From Eledone cirrhosa (Eukaryota): a DNA stretch of 64,000 nt. The notes under the pieces were generated by a model, which saw only the letters and a list, made by a program, of their open reading frames with translations, was not told where the DNA came from and searched no databases. The translations under genes were made by a program, and so were the position numbers. The first letter of the stretch is position 1. The number at the start of each line of letters is the position of its first letter. Shown piece by piece: positions 13,191 through 27,922 of the stretch. The stretch spans positions 37,138,001 to 37,202,000 of the forward strand of contig OZ024757.1 in the NCBI GenBank assembly GCA_964016885.1, read 5' to 3'.

Positions 13191-13797
13191 TAAAAAAAAA
13201 ATGTTTTTTTAAATAAATATTTTTTTCCTATTTAGTAGAAAGCAATGCATGATTGTTGTATAGATGAGGTTGCTATGGAAACTGTAGAATTTATTTTAGA
13301 TAATTACTCTTGCCATTGCTGTTTCTTTAATTGCACATGTCCGTGCATGCTGCTGTGACACCTTCCACATTAGTTGATTGATATTTGCTTTCATTTATTA
13401 GTACTTTATTATTATTAGTAGTAGTAGTAGTATGTAGTAGTATGTAGTTTTTTAGTATGGGGCCCCCATGCTCCCTCCTTTCCCCGTGTCCCGGTTATAT
13501 CATGTGTACTTTGTGTATTTTAAGTAATACTAGTGGATACTTCAGTGTGTGTGTATGTGTATAAATATGTGTATATATATATGTATATATATGTATGTAT
13601 ATATGTATATGTATGTATATATATATGTATATATGTAAGTATGTATGTATATATATGTAAGTATGTATGTATATATATGTATGTATGTATGTATGTATAT
13701 ATGAATATATATGTATATATATATATATGTATGTATATATGAATATATATATGTATGTATATATGAATATATATATGTATGTATATATGAATATGTA

Positions 13798-13828
<31 letters not shown>

Positions 13829-13861
13829 ATGTATGTATGTATGTATGTATATATGTATGTG

Positions 13862-13938
<77 letters not shown>

Positions 13939-13967
13939 GTATATATATATATGTATGTATATGTATG

Positions 13968-14062
<95 letters not shown>

Positions 14063-14269
14063 GAATATATATATGAATATATATATATGTATATATATGT
14101 ATGTATATGTATATATATGTATGTATATGTATATATATGTATGTATATGTATATATATGTATGTATATGTATATATATGTATGTATATATATGTATATAC
14201 TCACAACCATTCGATTGCAAGCCCAATGCTCTAACCACTAATATATATATACCTTCATATATATATACA

Positions 14270-14308
<39 letters not shown>

Positions 14309-14799
14309 ATATATAGGTTTATATAAAAAAGGCTTCTACAGGTCTAGAACTGTTTCATTTGCATGAGATCATCAGGAATGTGCATTCCTGACTGATGATT
14401 TCACATGAATGAAACAGTTCTAGTCCTGTAGAAGCCCTTTTATATATAAACCTCTGTCAACTCTCTACACATGTATTGGGTACCTTATTTACTATGGTTA
14501 CCCCCTCAACTCGGGATCAAGATATATATAAATAAAATATATATATGGTGATGGTGTGTGTTTGTTTTTTTTCTATATTTCTTTCTTTGTTTTTTTTTTT
14601 AACCTTTTACATAAGTTAGTGAGGGTATTATTGATATATTAACCTTATTTTCATTCAAGAGAAGGTTCCATAGAAGTGATTGATAGGTTTTGTTGCCCAG
14701 GTAACCTAATTAACAGAGGAAGCATTTGCTCTGAAAGCCTACTGATTAGATAAAGTAAAAAAAAAAAACAGGGTGGAAAAAAAAAGTTTAAATAAGCTT

Positions 14800-15258
14800 G
14801 TTCCTCTTCTGAGCAACAAAGTGGTTCTTTGTTTTAGTAAAGGTTAGATTGTATGATACTTGCATGAGAAGCACAATGTTAAATGGTAGTGAAAGATGGA
14901 CAGTGAATGCAGAGGATATCTGAAGCAAGCATGCTGCAATGGAAGAGTGAAGAGAGTGTGCTTGGGACAAGCTAAGAAAGGAGAGAAGGTTGTTGCTGGT
15001 ATGGACATGTAATGCATATGGATGATGATTATGGTGAAGGAGTTGCCAAGAGTTCCAAGTGGAAGGAAGCTGTGGGAGAGAAATGCTAAAGAGGGTAGCA
15101 GATGTGGTTTAAAGCTGATCTCAAGAAACTGAATCCCTTAAATCTGATGACAAAAGAACAAAAAAATCAAGTAGAGAGATATGGCACTACTGGAGAGGAC
15201 TTGTTTAGTTCATATGAGCATAAAAGCAAAACATACATAAGACTTATGATGATGATGA
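14800..15258 (+). mobile_element. Degenerate RTE-like LINE 3' end with (GAT)n tail
   Basis: RLYDTCMRSTMLNGSERW and WYGHVMHMDDD..VEGSCGR motifs. Confidence 0.7.
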
Positions 15259-15481
15259 TTTAACCTTTTAGCATTTAAACTGGCTGTATCCGGCCAAAAT
15301 TCTCTAAATTCTCTAACCTCTTTCTGTTCAAACCAGCTGTAACTGGCCGCTCATATTTTTGTTAAGGTATTGTTCTCAAAATAGATATCAAAATCTCGTA
15401 GATTCGATATTATATGAAGTAAAGCCTTTACTGTGAAAATATAATAGTATATATAGAGTAATGTAAATGCTAAAGGGTTAA
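15259..15481. mobile_element. piggyBac-like MITE family 1 (~220 bp); copies at ~4719-5194, 10528-10696, 23797-24090, 27499-27995, 32509-32712, 36230-36315, 57082-57260, 57465-57665
   Basis: TTAA-CCCTTTAGCATTTA...TAAATGCTAAAGGG-TTAA consensus termini. Confidence 0.8.
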
Positions 15482-16323
15482 AGGAATTGCTCATAACCTT
15501 TTACAAGCTCTGCCAGGCTAGAGAGATGAATAGAGTTGATGTTGAGTTCAAACATTACCAAAATAATTTGCTTGAATTACTCTCATCTTAAATAGTACAG
15601 ACCATACTGAGATGCTAGAACATAAACCAATCTAAACCAGCCATGAATTCAAGGAAATGCAAGACATATTCCTGTAATCAACACCAACCATCATTGCATA
15701 TACTGCACCAGTCATAAATTGAATTCAAATATGTCCTTCAAAACCATAGCTCAGTCTTCTCACTAAAATAGTAAACAGTGTGATCCAATTACAGTTATGT
15801 GTGACTGTCTGTATATATAACATGCTTTTTGACGCTGTGTGTGTGTATCTGAAATATGTTTAGCGATAGATTGTGTGTGTGTATGAAACATGCTTTGTGA
15901 TAGTGTATATATATATATATATAGATATATATATATATATACATGTAAATGAAGTTGGTGTTAGGAAGGGCATCCAGCTGTAGAAACCAAGCCTAAATCA
16001 GTTCTGTATGAACAAGACATGGTCACCTGACCTAGCATTGCCCACAACAGGACAACTTGTCTAACCCATGCGAGTGTGGAAAATGGACGTAAAATGGTGA
16101 TGATGATAATAGTATATAAAACATGCTTTGTGATAGATTGTGTGTATGTGTGTATAATATATTTTGTTAGTATTTTGGGTTAACATTTCTAGGAATAAAA
16201 TATTCCCAGTAGTTTTTAAGAAGGAGGAGGAAGAGAATGGCTGGACTTTGGAGTTGATCAGCTTCTGTGCAAATTAAGCTTTGTTATTCCACCGCTGCTA
16301 CTGTCCCCCCTTGTATTGATCAG

Positions 16324-16434
16324 CTGCTTCTCATGTATCTGTCCTAGAAATGAATGCTGCCCGTGACCCTAATCAGCTAAAAAATGACAACAAATACAGT
16401 CAACTGTCCAGGACATCACCATCTATGTTTGAAG
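16324..16434 (+). CDS. EPN2: Candidate epsin cassette exon (37 codons): AASHVSVLEMNAARDPNQLKNDNKYSQLSRTSPSMFE
   Basis: Unique sequence, gatcag| acceptor, GAAG|gtaagg donor, 111 nt, phase 1-1 and stop-free in the required frame; no homology recognised. Confidence 0.55.
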
Positions 16435-17258
16435 GTAAGGCTCAGTGGATGGTCCTTAGAAGGAACAACAACTGAAAACAAAATAGGGAGGAAAGGAAAT
16501 TTTTGAAAAAAAATTTATTGATATCTTTCCTTGGCTTGAAGACTCTTTTTTTTTTTCTTCCTATTATCTTGCGACCCCTCTTTTTGTCTTTTTTTTCTTC
16601 TTGCCTCTTATTGCATTAAATTTATTTTTTTTTTCAACTTTTATAAAAATGCCTATTTATATATATATACACATCTCTCCTGCTCCCTTTTCTTTCAATT
16701 CTGAATTTCAGAACAACCCTTGTATATTAAGTAAAACCTTTCTCCCTCATTAGACTGAAATATATGTGAAAATCCCTGCTTTACTATCTACTATGGTAGA
16801 CTGTACAAAAATTCCCTGATTCCTTGTTCTGCCCCAACTCTGAATTTAGTAAAACACAACTTTGAATAGGATTCATTCAGATCAAAGTTGTTCACCTCAT
16901 TTAGATTAATAATTTTACCCCTTTTGTGTCTGTATTTCTAATGGCATATCTTCTGTTTCACTTAATTAACAAAGAATCTTGATGAATTCACTTAAATTAT
17001 TAAATATTTCGTTACTTCAATATTAACTTTATATAATGGTTCCTATATAAAATTATGTTGGGAGATTTTAATTGAAATTGGAACCCTTTGAAATGGGTCA
17101 TTTTTATTTCATAAAACCAGAGCTGATTTTAGCTGGTTTGATATCACAAGATGTCAAGAAATTGTGAGTTATGGCTAATATCATCTCTTGATTATTTTGT
17201 TTTCCAAACCATATCATTGCCCTAGGATTTGAACACACAAATTCTATATATCAATGTA

Positions 17259-17846
17259 GATGCAGGCTTGATTGTGTGGCTAAAGAGTTTGTTTCACAAC
17301 CACATACTTTCTTGTTCAGTTCCACTACATGGCACCTTGGATATGTGCCTTCTGCTATAGCTTTAGGCTTACCAATGCCACGTGAGTGAAATTTCTTAGA
17401 AAGAAATTGAGAAGGAACCCGTCGTGCTGCTCCAGTCCACTCAGCTGTAGAAATGAGTTGCGATGTCACTGGTGCCAAGCTGTATCAACTATTGCCTTTC
17501 CTTTGACAACATATGTAGTGCATATGGTATAGGTTATGGTGTGTATAAAGTGTATATATATATATATTGTGACAGCACTGGTGCCAAGCTGTATCGGCCT
17601 TTGCTTTTCCCTCAACATCATATATAATGTATATATAGTGTATGGAATGTATATAGCAATATATATGTTGTGACAGCATTGGTGCCAAGCTTTATCAGCC
17701 TTTGCCTTTCCCTTGGACAACATCGGTGGCATGGAGAAGGGAGACTGGTATGCATGGGTGACTGCTGGTCTTCCACAAACAACCTTGCCTGGACTTGTGT
17801 CTCAGAAGGGAAACTTTCTAGGTGCAATGGTCCAATGGTCATTTAG
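17259..17846 (+). mobile_element. Composite SINE remnants with an internal ~110-bp triplication
   Basis: Degenerate tRNA-like head, ctccagtccactcagctg core, and three copies of (c)actggtgccaagctgtatc..gcctttcc separated by TA-rich filler. Confidence 0.5.
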
Positions 17847-18439
17847 GGTCTTTTTTATGCATATACCTATATATCTATGTGTGCCTGTATGCCACTTAAT
17901 TTATTGGTTCCACAAAAAAAGAGATCTATGAATTCAGAATCAGTCGTGAAAGATGCTTCGTGCTGCTGTTAATGACAAGGACCGGGGGTCCTATCATTAA
18001 AGCACCCTAGAAACCTCCTCTGTAATATAATCTCACAGGAAGCCAGCTAAACTTGCTTAGGTATGAGCTGGAAATTGATATATTTAATTATTATTCCATA
18101 TATGAAACTTGTCAAGCAATTGGTTGGGAAGGATCTTCAGTTCTATGAAAGGTATGACAACCTCCTTAGTGCTGGTGCCTGCTGCCATGATAAAATGCAT
18201 TTGGTAGCATGCGGGGACATATGCAAGTAAGATGTAGGCCTCCCAGTTCATCTGAAAGGTCAGTGGCTCAATTTGAGTATGGGTTCAGTCTGTGAAGAAC
18301 CACCCAATCTTTGCTAACAGGGAAGATGGATGTTAAATGGTGATGATGATGGGTGGGTGCAGGTGTCATTTAAAAAAATATTATTTATTCTCTATATCTC
18401 TCACTCTCTCCCTCTTACCTTCAGTATATAATTCACTAT

Positions 18440-18471
18440 GCATACATATGTGTGAGTGTGTGTATATTTAT

Positions 18472-18503
<32 letters not shown>

Positions 18504-18538
18504 TTATATATATATATATATATATATATGCATATATA

Positions 18539-18572
<34 letters not shown>

Positions 18573-18594
18573 TATATACCTATGCATATATACC

Positions 18595-18628
<34 letters not shown>

Positions 18629-18658
18629 TATATATGTATATATATATGTATATATATG

Positions 18659-18693
<35 letters not shown>

Positions 18694-18739
18694 GTATGTA
18701 TATATATATATATATATATATAAATATATATATATAGAA

Positions 18740-18771
<32 letters not shown>

Positions 18772-18817
18772 GTATATATATATATATAGAAATATATATA
18801 TATATAGAAATATATAT

Positions 18818-18851
<34 letters not shown>

Positions 18852-18888
18852 CTATGTATGTGTATATATATATATATATATATCTATG

Positions 18889-18971
<83 letters not shown>

Positions 18972-19086
18972 CTATATATATGTATATATATGTATATATA
19001 TATGTATATATATATGCATATATATGTGTATATATGTATATATATATGCATATATATGTGCATATGTATATGTGTATATATATATG

Positions 19087-19117
<31 letters not shown>

Positions 19118-19146
19118 GTATATATATATATGTATATATATATATG

Positions 19147-19201
<55 letters not shown>

Positions 19202-19246
19202 GTATGTATATATGTAAGTATATATATATATGTATATATATATATG

Positions 19247-19301
<55 letters not shown>

Positions 19302-19366
19302 GTATGTATATATGTAAGTATATATATATATGTATATATATATATGTACGTATATATATATGTACG

Positions 19367-19397
<31 letters not shown>

Positions 19398-19412
19398 GTA
19401 TATATATATATG

Positions 19413-19443
<31 letters not shown>

Positions 19444-19941
19444 GTATATATATGTGTATATATATATATGTGTATGTATATATATATGTGTATATATGTG
19501 TATGTATATATATATGTGTATGTATATATATATGTGTATATATGTGTATATATATATATATGTGTATATGTATGTATATATATATATGTGTATATATGTG
19601 TATATATATATATATGTGTATATGTATGTATATATATATATGTGTATATATATGTATATATATATATATATGCATATATATATTATATATATATGCATAT
19701 ATATATATATATATGCATATATATATATTACATATATATGCATATATATATGTAGGGGTGGGGGTATTATCAACTGCATCATATGCATTATACTATTTTT
19801 GCTCTAAATGTTATGTTTGGTTGTGTGAAAGCCTCAGCACAATTTTCTTCACTATATCAATAACTTCATCTATAACATGATAAACAAACGAAACTCTTTT
19901 CTATTGTTGTCTTCACTGATGCCATCTGATCACTCATTAAC

Positions 19942-19996
<55 letters not shown>

Positions 19997-20106
19997 GTGT
20001 ATATAATATATATATATATATATATAATATTATATATATATATATAATGTGTATATAATATTATATATACATATAACGTGTATATAATATTATATATATA
20101 TATAAT

Positions 20107-20163
<57 letters not shown>

Positions 20164-20419
20164 TCTATTTTCTCCTAGTTTATTTTACACCTAATTCTGT
20201 TCAATTGACTGTATCTGGGCGATTACGCTGTCGAAATATTCGATAAATATTCCGTTGCAGTCGATGCGAAGGGCTGGTTTCGGTTATTTGTCGGAGATTT
20301 CTTCATAGAAGCCTCATTCTTATAGCCTCGTCTATTTGATTTTTTATATAGTTAATTATGCTAATTGGGAGAGGAAATGGTATATATTTTATCTTGTGAT
20401 TCTATAGACATGTTTTATG

Positions 20420-20458
<39 letters not shown>

Positions 20459-20534
20459 ATGTGTATTATATATATATATATATGTATTATATATATATAT
20501 ATATATGTGTATGTGTATTATATATATATATATG

Positions 20535-20599
<65 letters not shown>

Positions 20600-20674
20600 T
20601 ATATATATATATATATTATACATATATATATATATATTATACATATATATATATATTATACATATATATATATT

Positions 20675-20718
<44 letters not shown>

Positions 20719-20759
20719 CATATATATATATATAATACATATATATATATATATATATA

Positions 20760-20826
<67 letters not shown>

Positions 20827-20877
20827 CATATATATATATATATATATATAATACATATATATATATATATATATATA

Positions 20878-20913
<36 letters not shown>

Positions 20914-21206
20914 CATATATATATATATATATATATAATACATACATATATATATATATAATACATATATATATATATATATATAATACATATATATATA
21001 TATATATATAATACATATATATATATATATAATACATATATATATATATATAATACATATATATATATAATATATATATATATATAATACATATATATAT
21101 ATAATATATATATATATATAATATATATATATATATATAATACATATAAATATATATATATATATATATAATACATATAAATATATATATATATAATATA
21201 TATAAT

Positions 21207-21268
<62 letters not shown>

Positions 21269-21280
21269 TATATATATATA
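18440..21280. repeat. Large compound (TA)n/(TATG)n microsatellite fields; others at 13545-14320, 22870-23110, 24665-25512, 40040-40445
   Basis: Directly visible; source of the many Y/I/M/H-rich pseudo-ORFs. Confidence 0.98.
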
Positions 21281-23038
21281 CTGGTCTGCACATAACTGCT
21301 ATATATGCACCCAAACTGCACCATTTCTGGATTCTTTTGCAACTGCTGCTTGTTAACAGTTCTCTTTTTTTCTAACAGTTTTCATTGAATTTTATTTATT
21401 TTTTGTATTTAAATATAATTGTTATTACCATTACTATTATTACTATTATTATTATCATTATCTTCATCATCTGGTGTCCTATATCTCTCTCTTGTGTGTG
21501 TGCGTGAGTGTTTCTTCACTGTTTTACTACATTTGAATGTTCACACTAACGTTAGCTTATGAATGGGAGCAATTGTTTTCACAGCTGGATGACCTCCCTT
21601 ACTTATTTACTGCCGCTGATGCTGCTGTTGTTGTTGTTGTTAACTGTGCTTTAAAAAAACCAAGTATATTTTCAAGTATATTTTTCATTTTCCACTGTCA
21701 ATGCAATGAAGGCGGATGGGGTCTCTGGTGTGAGGGAATGGAGTGAACACAGTTACCTAACTGTTTTTTATTTTCCATTGTGTCAGTACAATGAGGGTGG
21801 GCTGGGGAAGGGAGGGAGCAGTTACATAACTGTTGCTCAGCAAGCAGCGTCAGAAAACACACATTGGTTGGACCACAGTGGGTCCATTCCTTAAGCGGTC
21901 AGCTTGTTCCCCAATATGTCTACTGCTGCGTTATTCTGATATCAAAGTCAGTGCCTCCGAACGAAGGTTGGCTGAAGATTTCATAGGCTGACAAAGATAC
22001 TCTCATGGAACGACCAAATGAGGTATATTTTTCAACATAGTCCCTGGAAAGAAACAATGGAATTATTGTTTCACAAAACCCCCCAGATAGTTTGTTTGAT
22101 ATCAAAAGGTTCAAAATGATTTACCACAAAACACCCAACCGACACTGTAAAGTGGTTGTGTAAAAGACACGGCGAAAAGCACCCAGCACACACTGTAAAT
22201 GTGGTTGGCATTAGGAAGGGCAGCCAGCTGTAGAAAACCATCCAGAAACTGTCCTATATGAACGAGACACGGTCACTTGACCCAACTTGCCTTTAATTGG
22301 TTTAATTGGGACAAACTCATCTAACCCATGCTATCGTGGAAGATGGATGTTAAACGACGATGATGATGATGATCTACCAGTCATGTCTGTTGAAAAGCAC
22401 ATAAGATGCAAGCTCAGTATATAAAGTTTGAGCACATAACCAATATAATCAGAGATTCAGCCCCTAACTCTTTTGTTACCATATTTCTAATGAAAAATAT
22501 TGCATATGATTCTTAGGAAATGTAGAAAAATCTCAAGCACAAATAATAATAAACTACAGTTTATTACTATAATAATTATGACAGAAGGTTTTTAGTTAGA
22601 TAAATATAAACATTTTAAAACCAGCAAATTTGTCATAGAACTAGAAACGGTTACACATGGTTTGATACCAAAAGGGTTAACTTCATGGCAATTTGGGTAG
22701 CTAGAAAGCTACAGACATTGATATTATTTCCTAGGGACTTTAATATATGGGAAGCTTTTTTTTTTTACTTTATTTTATCTGGTGGTTTGGACTTTTTTTT
22801 TCTTTTCCAGCTTATGGTAATTGCTTTCTTGTGCTTGGGTTTCTCTTGGTGAAAGGAAAACTTATTTTTATGTATATATATATATATATATATTGTACAT
22901 ATATATATATATATATATACATATAGTACATATATATATATATTGTACATATATATGTATGTATATATATATATATATATATATTGTATGTATGTATATA
23001 TATTGTATATGTATGTATGTATGTATATATATATATAT

Positions 23039-23069
<31 letters not shown>

Positions 23070-24264
23070 GGTGTGTGTGTGTATATATATATATGTCTAT
23101 ATATATATATGTTTTGTTTGACTTTGGATGCTTGTTATTATATTGTATAATATATTGATAAAGTATAGTTGTTATAATAATACTTTCTTGTTTTCCATTC
23201 TGAGTTCAAATCCCGCCGAGGTCAACTTTGCCTTTCATCCTTACGTGGTTGATAAAATAAAGTACTAGTAATGCACTGGGGTAATTGTTGACCTTGTGCC
23301 AAAAGTAGAAACAATTATATTTATTATTTACAGAGTTGATAAAATAAAGTACCAGTCACGCACTGGTGTCCATTTAATCGACTTTCCCCTCCCATTCAAC
23401 TTGCTGGCCTTGTGCCTAAAGTAGAAATCATGGTTATTATTATTGGCAGTATCGGTTGAGCGTCGGTCAAAATGCTTTGCAGCATAGAGTTATGTCTCTT
23501 TACATTCTGGGTTTAAATCCTGCCGAGCTTAACTTTGCCTTTCATTCTTCTGAAGTTGATAAAATCAAGTACCAGTAATACACTGGGGATCGATTTAATT
23601 GACTTTCCTTTTGGCCTTGTACCTAAATCAGAAACCATCATTTGAAAATATATATATAATTATTTATATTTACAAAAGGTCGTTTTTGAACAAGAAAACA
23701 GATACGAGAAGGTGAAGAGGATATTACCAGCTCAAAATATTAGATTTATTACACTAAACTACTCAGAAGGCTAATGAAATCCTTATTTGAAGGTGTTTAA
23801 CCCTTTAGCATTTAAACCAGCCATATCTGGCCAGAATTCTCTCGCCTCTTTCTGTTAAAATTGACCGTAACCGGCTGCTCATACTGATGTTAAGTTATTG
23901 ATATCAAAATCTCATAGATTCAATATTATGTGAGACGGCTGCGACGCGGCTTCTCTCTTGGGGGTATGGCGAAACGGACAGCCTGATTGTATCGTGACCA
24001 CCTCCCGACCGGGCGGGGCCCCGGGACGATGGAATGTCGGGAAGCCTTTACCGTGAAAATAAAATAGTAAATATAGAGTAATGTAAATGATAAATAATAA
24101 TAATAAATAATAATGAAATTATTGTGTAAAGTGCTCAGGTGCACTACAACTCGTCAAAGGTGTATGTATAGTACATAAACATATTTGATATGTTTTGATT
24201 CCTCACATTGATGATGATGATATATGTTTACATTTATTTATCTTTATTTATTTATTTGTGTCAG

Positions 24265-24470
24265 GCACCAACCCATTTACTGGAAGTGGGACGAACCCTT
24301 TTGAACAATCTACAGCGCGAGTGCCCCTGCGTCAGATGCAGCAGTCTCAACAACAGAATTTCTCCTCAGTGAACAACACTGAGGTGTTGCCAAGACCCCT
24401 CATTCCATTTAACACAACGCTACAGCCCGGCTTACAGCAACCAAATCAGGCCAGCAACCCATTTCTTTAA
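24265..24470 (+). CDS. EPN2: Epsin terminal coding exon with three NPF (EH-binding) motifs
   Basis: GTNPFTGSGTNPFEQ...QASNPFL*; a C-terminal NPFL is typical of epsins; tgtcag|GC phase-1 acceptor, TAA at 24468-24470. Confidence 0.95.
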
Positions 24471-24999
24471 CAGTTTCTTCATCATCACGATGAAACGATC
24501 GAGACATCTCCTGTAATTTTTTTTGTGTGCGTGCGGGGGGCGGGTGGGGGTTTGCTTTGTTTTGTTTTCTTCTTCTTCTCTTTTCTTCTCTTCTTCTTTC
24601 CTTTCTATCTTCTCCCTTTCTTATGATGAACGGAACAACAACAAGATAAAAGGAAAAAAAAAACACATACACACATATATGTAGTTATATACATACATAA
24701 ATCTATATATATAATTATATATATATGTACATATGTTTATGTATATATATATATGTGTATATGTATATATATATGTACATATGTATATGTATATATATAT
24801 GTACATATGTATATGTATATGTACATATGTATATACATATATACATATACATATGTACATATATATATACATGTACATATGTATATACATATGTACATAT
24901 GTATATAAATATGTACATATGTATTTATATGTGTACATATGTATATAGATATATACATATGTATATATATGTATATATGTACATGTATATATATATATG

Positions 25000-25046
<47 letters not shown>

Positions 25047-25423
25047 ATGTATGTATATATATATATATATGTGTGTGTGTATGTATCTATATATATATAT
25101 GTGTATGTATATATATATATACATACATGTGTATGTATGTATGTATATATATATATATACATACATGTGTATGTATGTATGTATATATATACATACATGT
25201 GTATGTATGTATGTATATATATATATATATACATACATGTGTATGTATGTATGTATGTATGTATATATATATATATACATGTGTATGTATGTATGTATAT
25301 ATATATACATGTGTATGTATGTATGTATATATATATATACATACATACATGTGTGTGTATGTATGTATGTATGTATGTATGTATGTATATATATATATAT
25401 ATATATATACATGTGTATGTATG

Positions 25424-25474
<51 letters not shown>

Positions 25475-25476
25475 AT

Positions 25477-25516
<40 letters not shown>

Positions 25517-26509
25517 TGTATATTTGACCCTTCCACTGAAATAACACTGCCCTATGCTTTTCAAAAAACAAATAAACAAAAAAACAAACAAAAACAAAAT
25601 ATGTTGAAAATAATCAAGAACTCGGTGAGAATTAGTAATATATATATGACTAACTTTCTCATTATTAATCTGGTGTTTGGAGCATAACTTAACAAAGGTT
25701 CTTACATAAAATTATGATGGAAGGTTTTTTTTTTTTTTTTCAAATTTTTTTTTCGGATAAATATAAACAAGCTTCGTATCATAGAACCAGGGCGGTTTCG
25801 GGCAGTTTGTTATCAAAAGGGTTAAACAAAAATAAAGAAAAGAAGAGAAAAATAAATACAAACAAACAAACAAAAGCAAAAAAAAAAAATAGGGAGAAAG
25901 ATGGAAGATAAAACTAAAAAAAACAAACTAAGAGAATAATTCAACAAATGAACAGCTCTGATTACTGCTACTTCTAAACCAAATACTAATGAAGGTTGTA
26001 TCATCTCACAGTCTGTGGTAGTGATAGTAGTGATGATGGCCATGGTGGTCATGGTCATGATGATGATGGTGGAGGAGGTGGTGGTGATGATGATGATGAT
26101 GATGGAGGTGGTGGTGGTGTTGGTGGTGATGATGGTGGTCATGACGATAATGATGATGATGATGATGATGACTGCGATGGTGTGAGGATGAGGATGATGA
26201 TGATGATGATGGTGGTGGTGATGGTGACACTGATGGTGGTGCTACATAAAAAAAAATATGAAGATATAAGGAAAAATATAACAAACTTTATTACCTTTGT
26301 TTGTTGTGATGATTATTATTATTATTATTATCATTATTATTATTATTAATTAATTAATTAATGTTATCATTTTCATTTATTATTATTGTTATTATTTTTA
26401 TTAAGAAATATTTTGAACAAATTTAGGAAGAAGAAAAAAATGAGTCCCACCTGAATAAAGAAAATAAATTGAATGCTGTGCTATTGGAGAGAGAGAGAGA
26501 GAGAGAGAT

Positions 26510-26542
<33 letters not shown>

Positions 26543-26666
26543 GTTGATATATATATATACACACATATATATATTTGTGTGTGTATATATGAGAGAGAGA
26601 GAGACAGATCATAAATGAAAATTTTCAAAACAAGACAGCCCTAAATATATCATAATTGTGTGAAAA

Positions 26667-26737
<71 letters not shown>

Positions 26738-26934
26738 AGCAAATGTGCATGTGGAAACAAACGAATGCAAACATCTAACCTTCTCTTCAGCCACCTCCTG
26801 GAAATACAATTTCATGCACTAGATTGGGATTGTATTGTTATTATTATTGTCAAGTCGTACAACGCCTTAAAAATTTTATTATTTTGGTGGGGGTCGCCAA
26901 AGAGATGCATAAGATAACACACACACACACATAT

Positions 26935-26990
<56 letters not shown>

Positions 26991-27641
26991 GTACACAAAC
27001 AGATATTCTTTCTTATAGAACTAATAGCCATTATTTTTTTAAAAATCCCTGAAAAGCAAGGCAGTGAATTGGCAGAATTGGCAGAACGTCGGATGGGATA
27101 CCTTGCAGTATTTGCTGTGGCTTTTAACAATTTGAGTTGAAATCCTACTGGAGGGATTAACTTTGATTTTATTATTCTCCTGGGGGTGGATAAGAACAAG
27201 ACAAAGCTCCAGTCAAATATTGTGGGTGTTTGTGTGTGTGTGTGGGGTGGGGTGGGGGGGTGGGGGGCTTAATTGATTAATCCCCACCCCAGCTCCACCC
27301 ACAAATCCCTGTTTATTTAATGAAAGACACTATGATTTTTCAAAATAATTTTTGAAAAATAATCAAGAATTTCAAGATGATTTAATAACCTAACTGGATT
27401 TCTCATTATTTATCTGGTGTTTGGAACATAACTTAATGGATCTTCTTACATAGAATCACATAACAGAGAGTTTTTAGATAAATATAAACACTTTGAACTT
27501 AACCCTTTAGCATTTAAATTATTCTATATTTAGTATTGTATTTTCACAGTAAAGGCTTTACTATCCATAATATCGAATCTACGAGATTTTGATATTATTT
27601 ATTTTAAGAACTATACCTTAACATAAGTATAAGCAGCTGGT

Positions 27642-27922
27642 TATTATAATAATAATGATAATAATTGTGTACAGTGCTCAGGTGCACTACAACTCATCGA
27701 AGGTATAAGTCTAGTACATAGATAATGTACAACTGTCAGGAAAGTGAACGGTGTATGAGTCATGATATACACACAGACACAGGTGTGTGTGTGTGCAGGG
27801 GGAATATCAAGTGTAGTGTTGGCGAATTTCGGGAAGCATGGATGTTTTGAAGGATGCAGTGTCCCGACAGTTAACAGCTGATGCAGATAGTTTGTCCCAT
27901 GCTTCAGCAACTTTGAGCATGG
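27642..27922 (-). mobile_element. CR1/L2-like LINE 3' end with (ATT)n tail nested in a MITE; 3' UTR copies at 24090-24175(-), 46365-46535, 46745-46940, 60990-61175(-)
   Basis: KVAEAWDKLSASAVNCRDTASFKTSM resembles the CR1 C-terminal WNxLP..FK motif; shared tail gatgagttgtagtgcacctgagcactgtacacaat. Confidence 0.7.

Noticed and set aside
21540-21665. Possible extra epsin exon after a CACTAAC branch-like motif
   Set aside because: One acceptor is too close to the branch motif and has a weak donor; the other gives an immediate stop; no homology
13495-25687. Many long Y/I/M/H/C-rich ORFs (up to 451 aa)
   Set aside because: Translations of (TA)n/(TATG)n microsatellites, which lack stop codons in several frames
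25822-26349. Poly-His/Gly/Asp ORFs (also 35947-36249, 48160-48431, 53579-54703)
   Set aside because: Trinucleotide repeat tracts without splice or homology support
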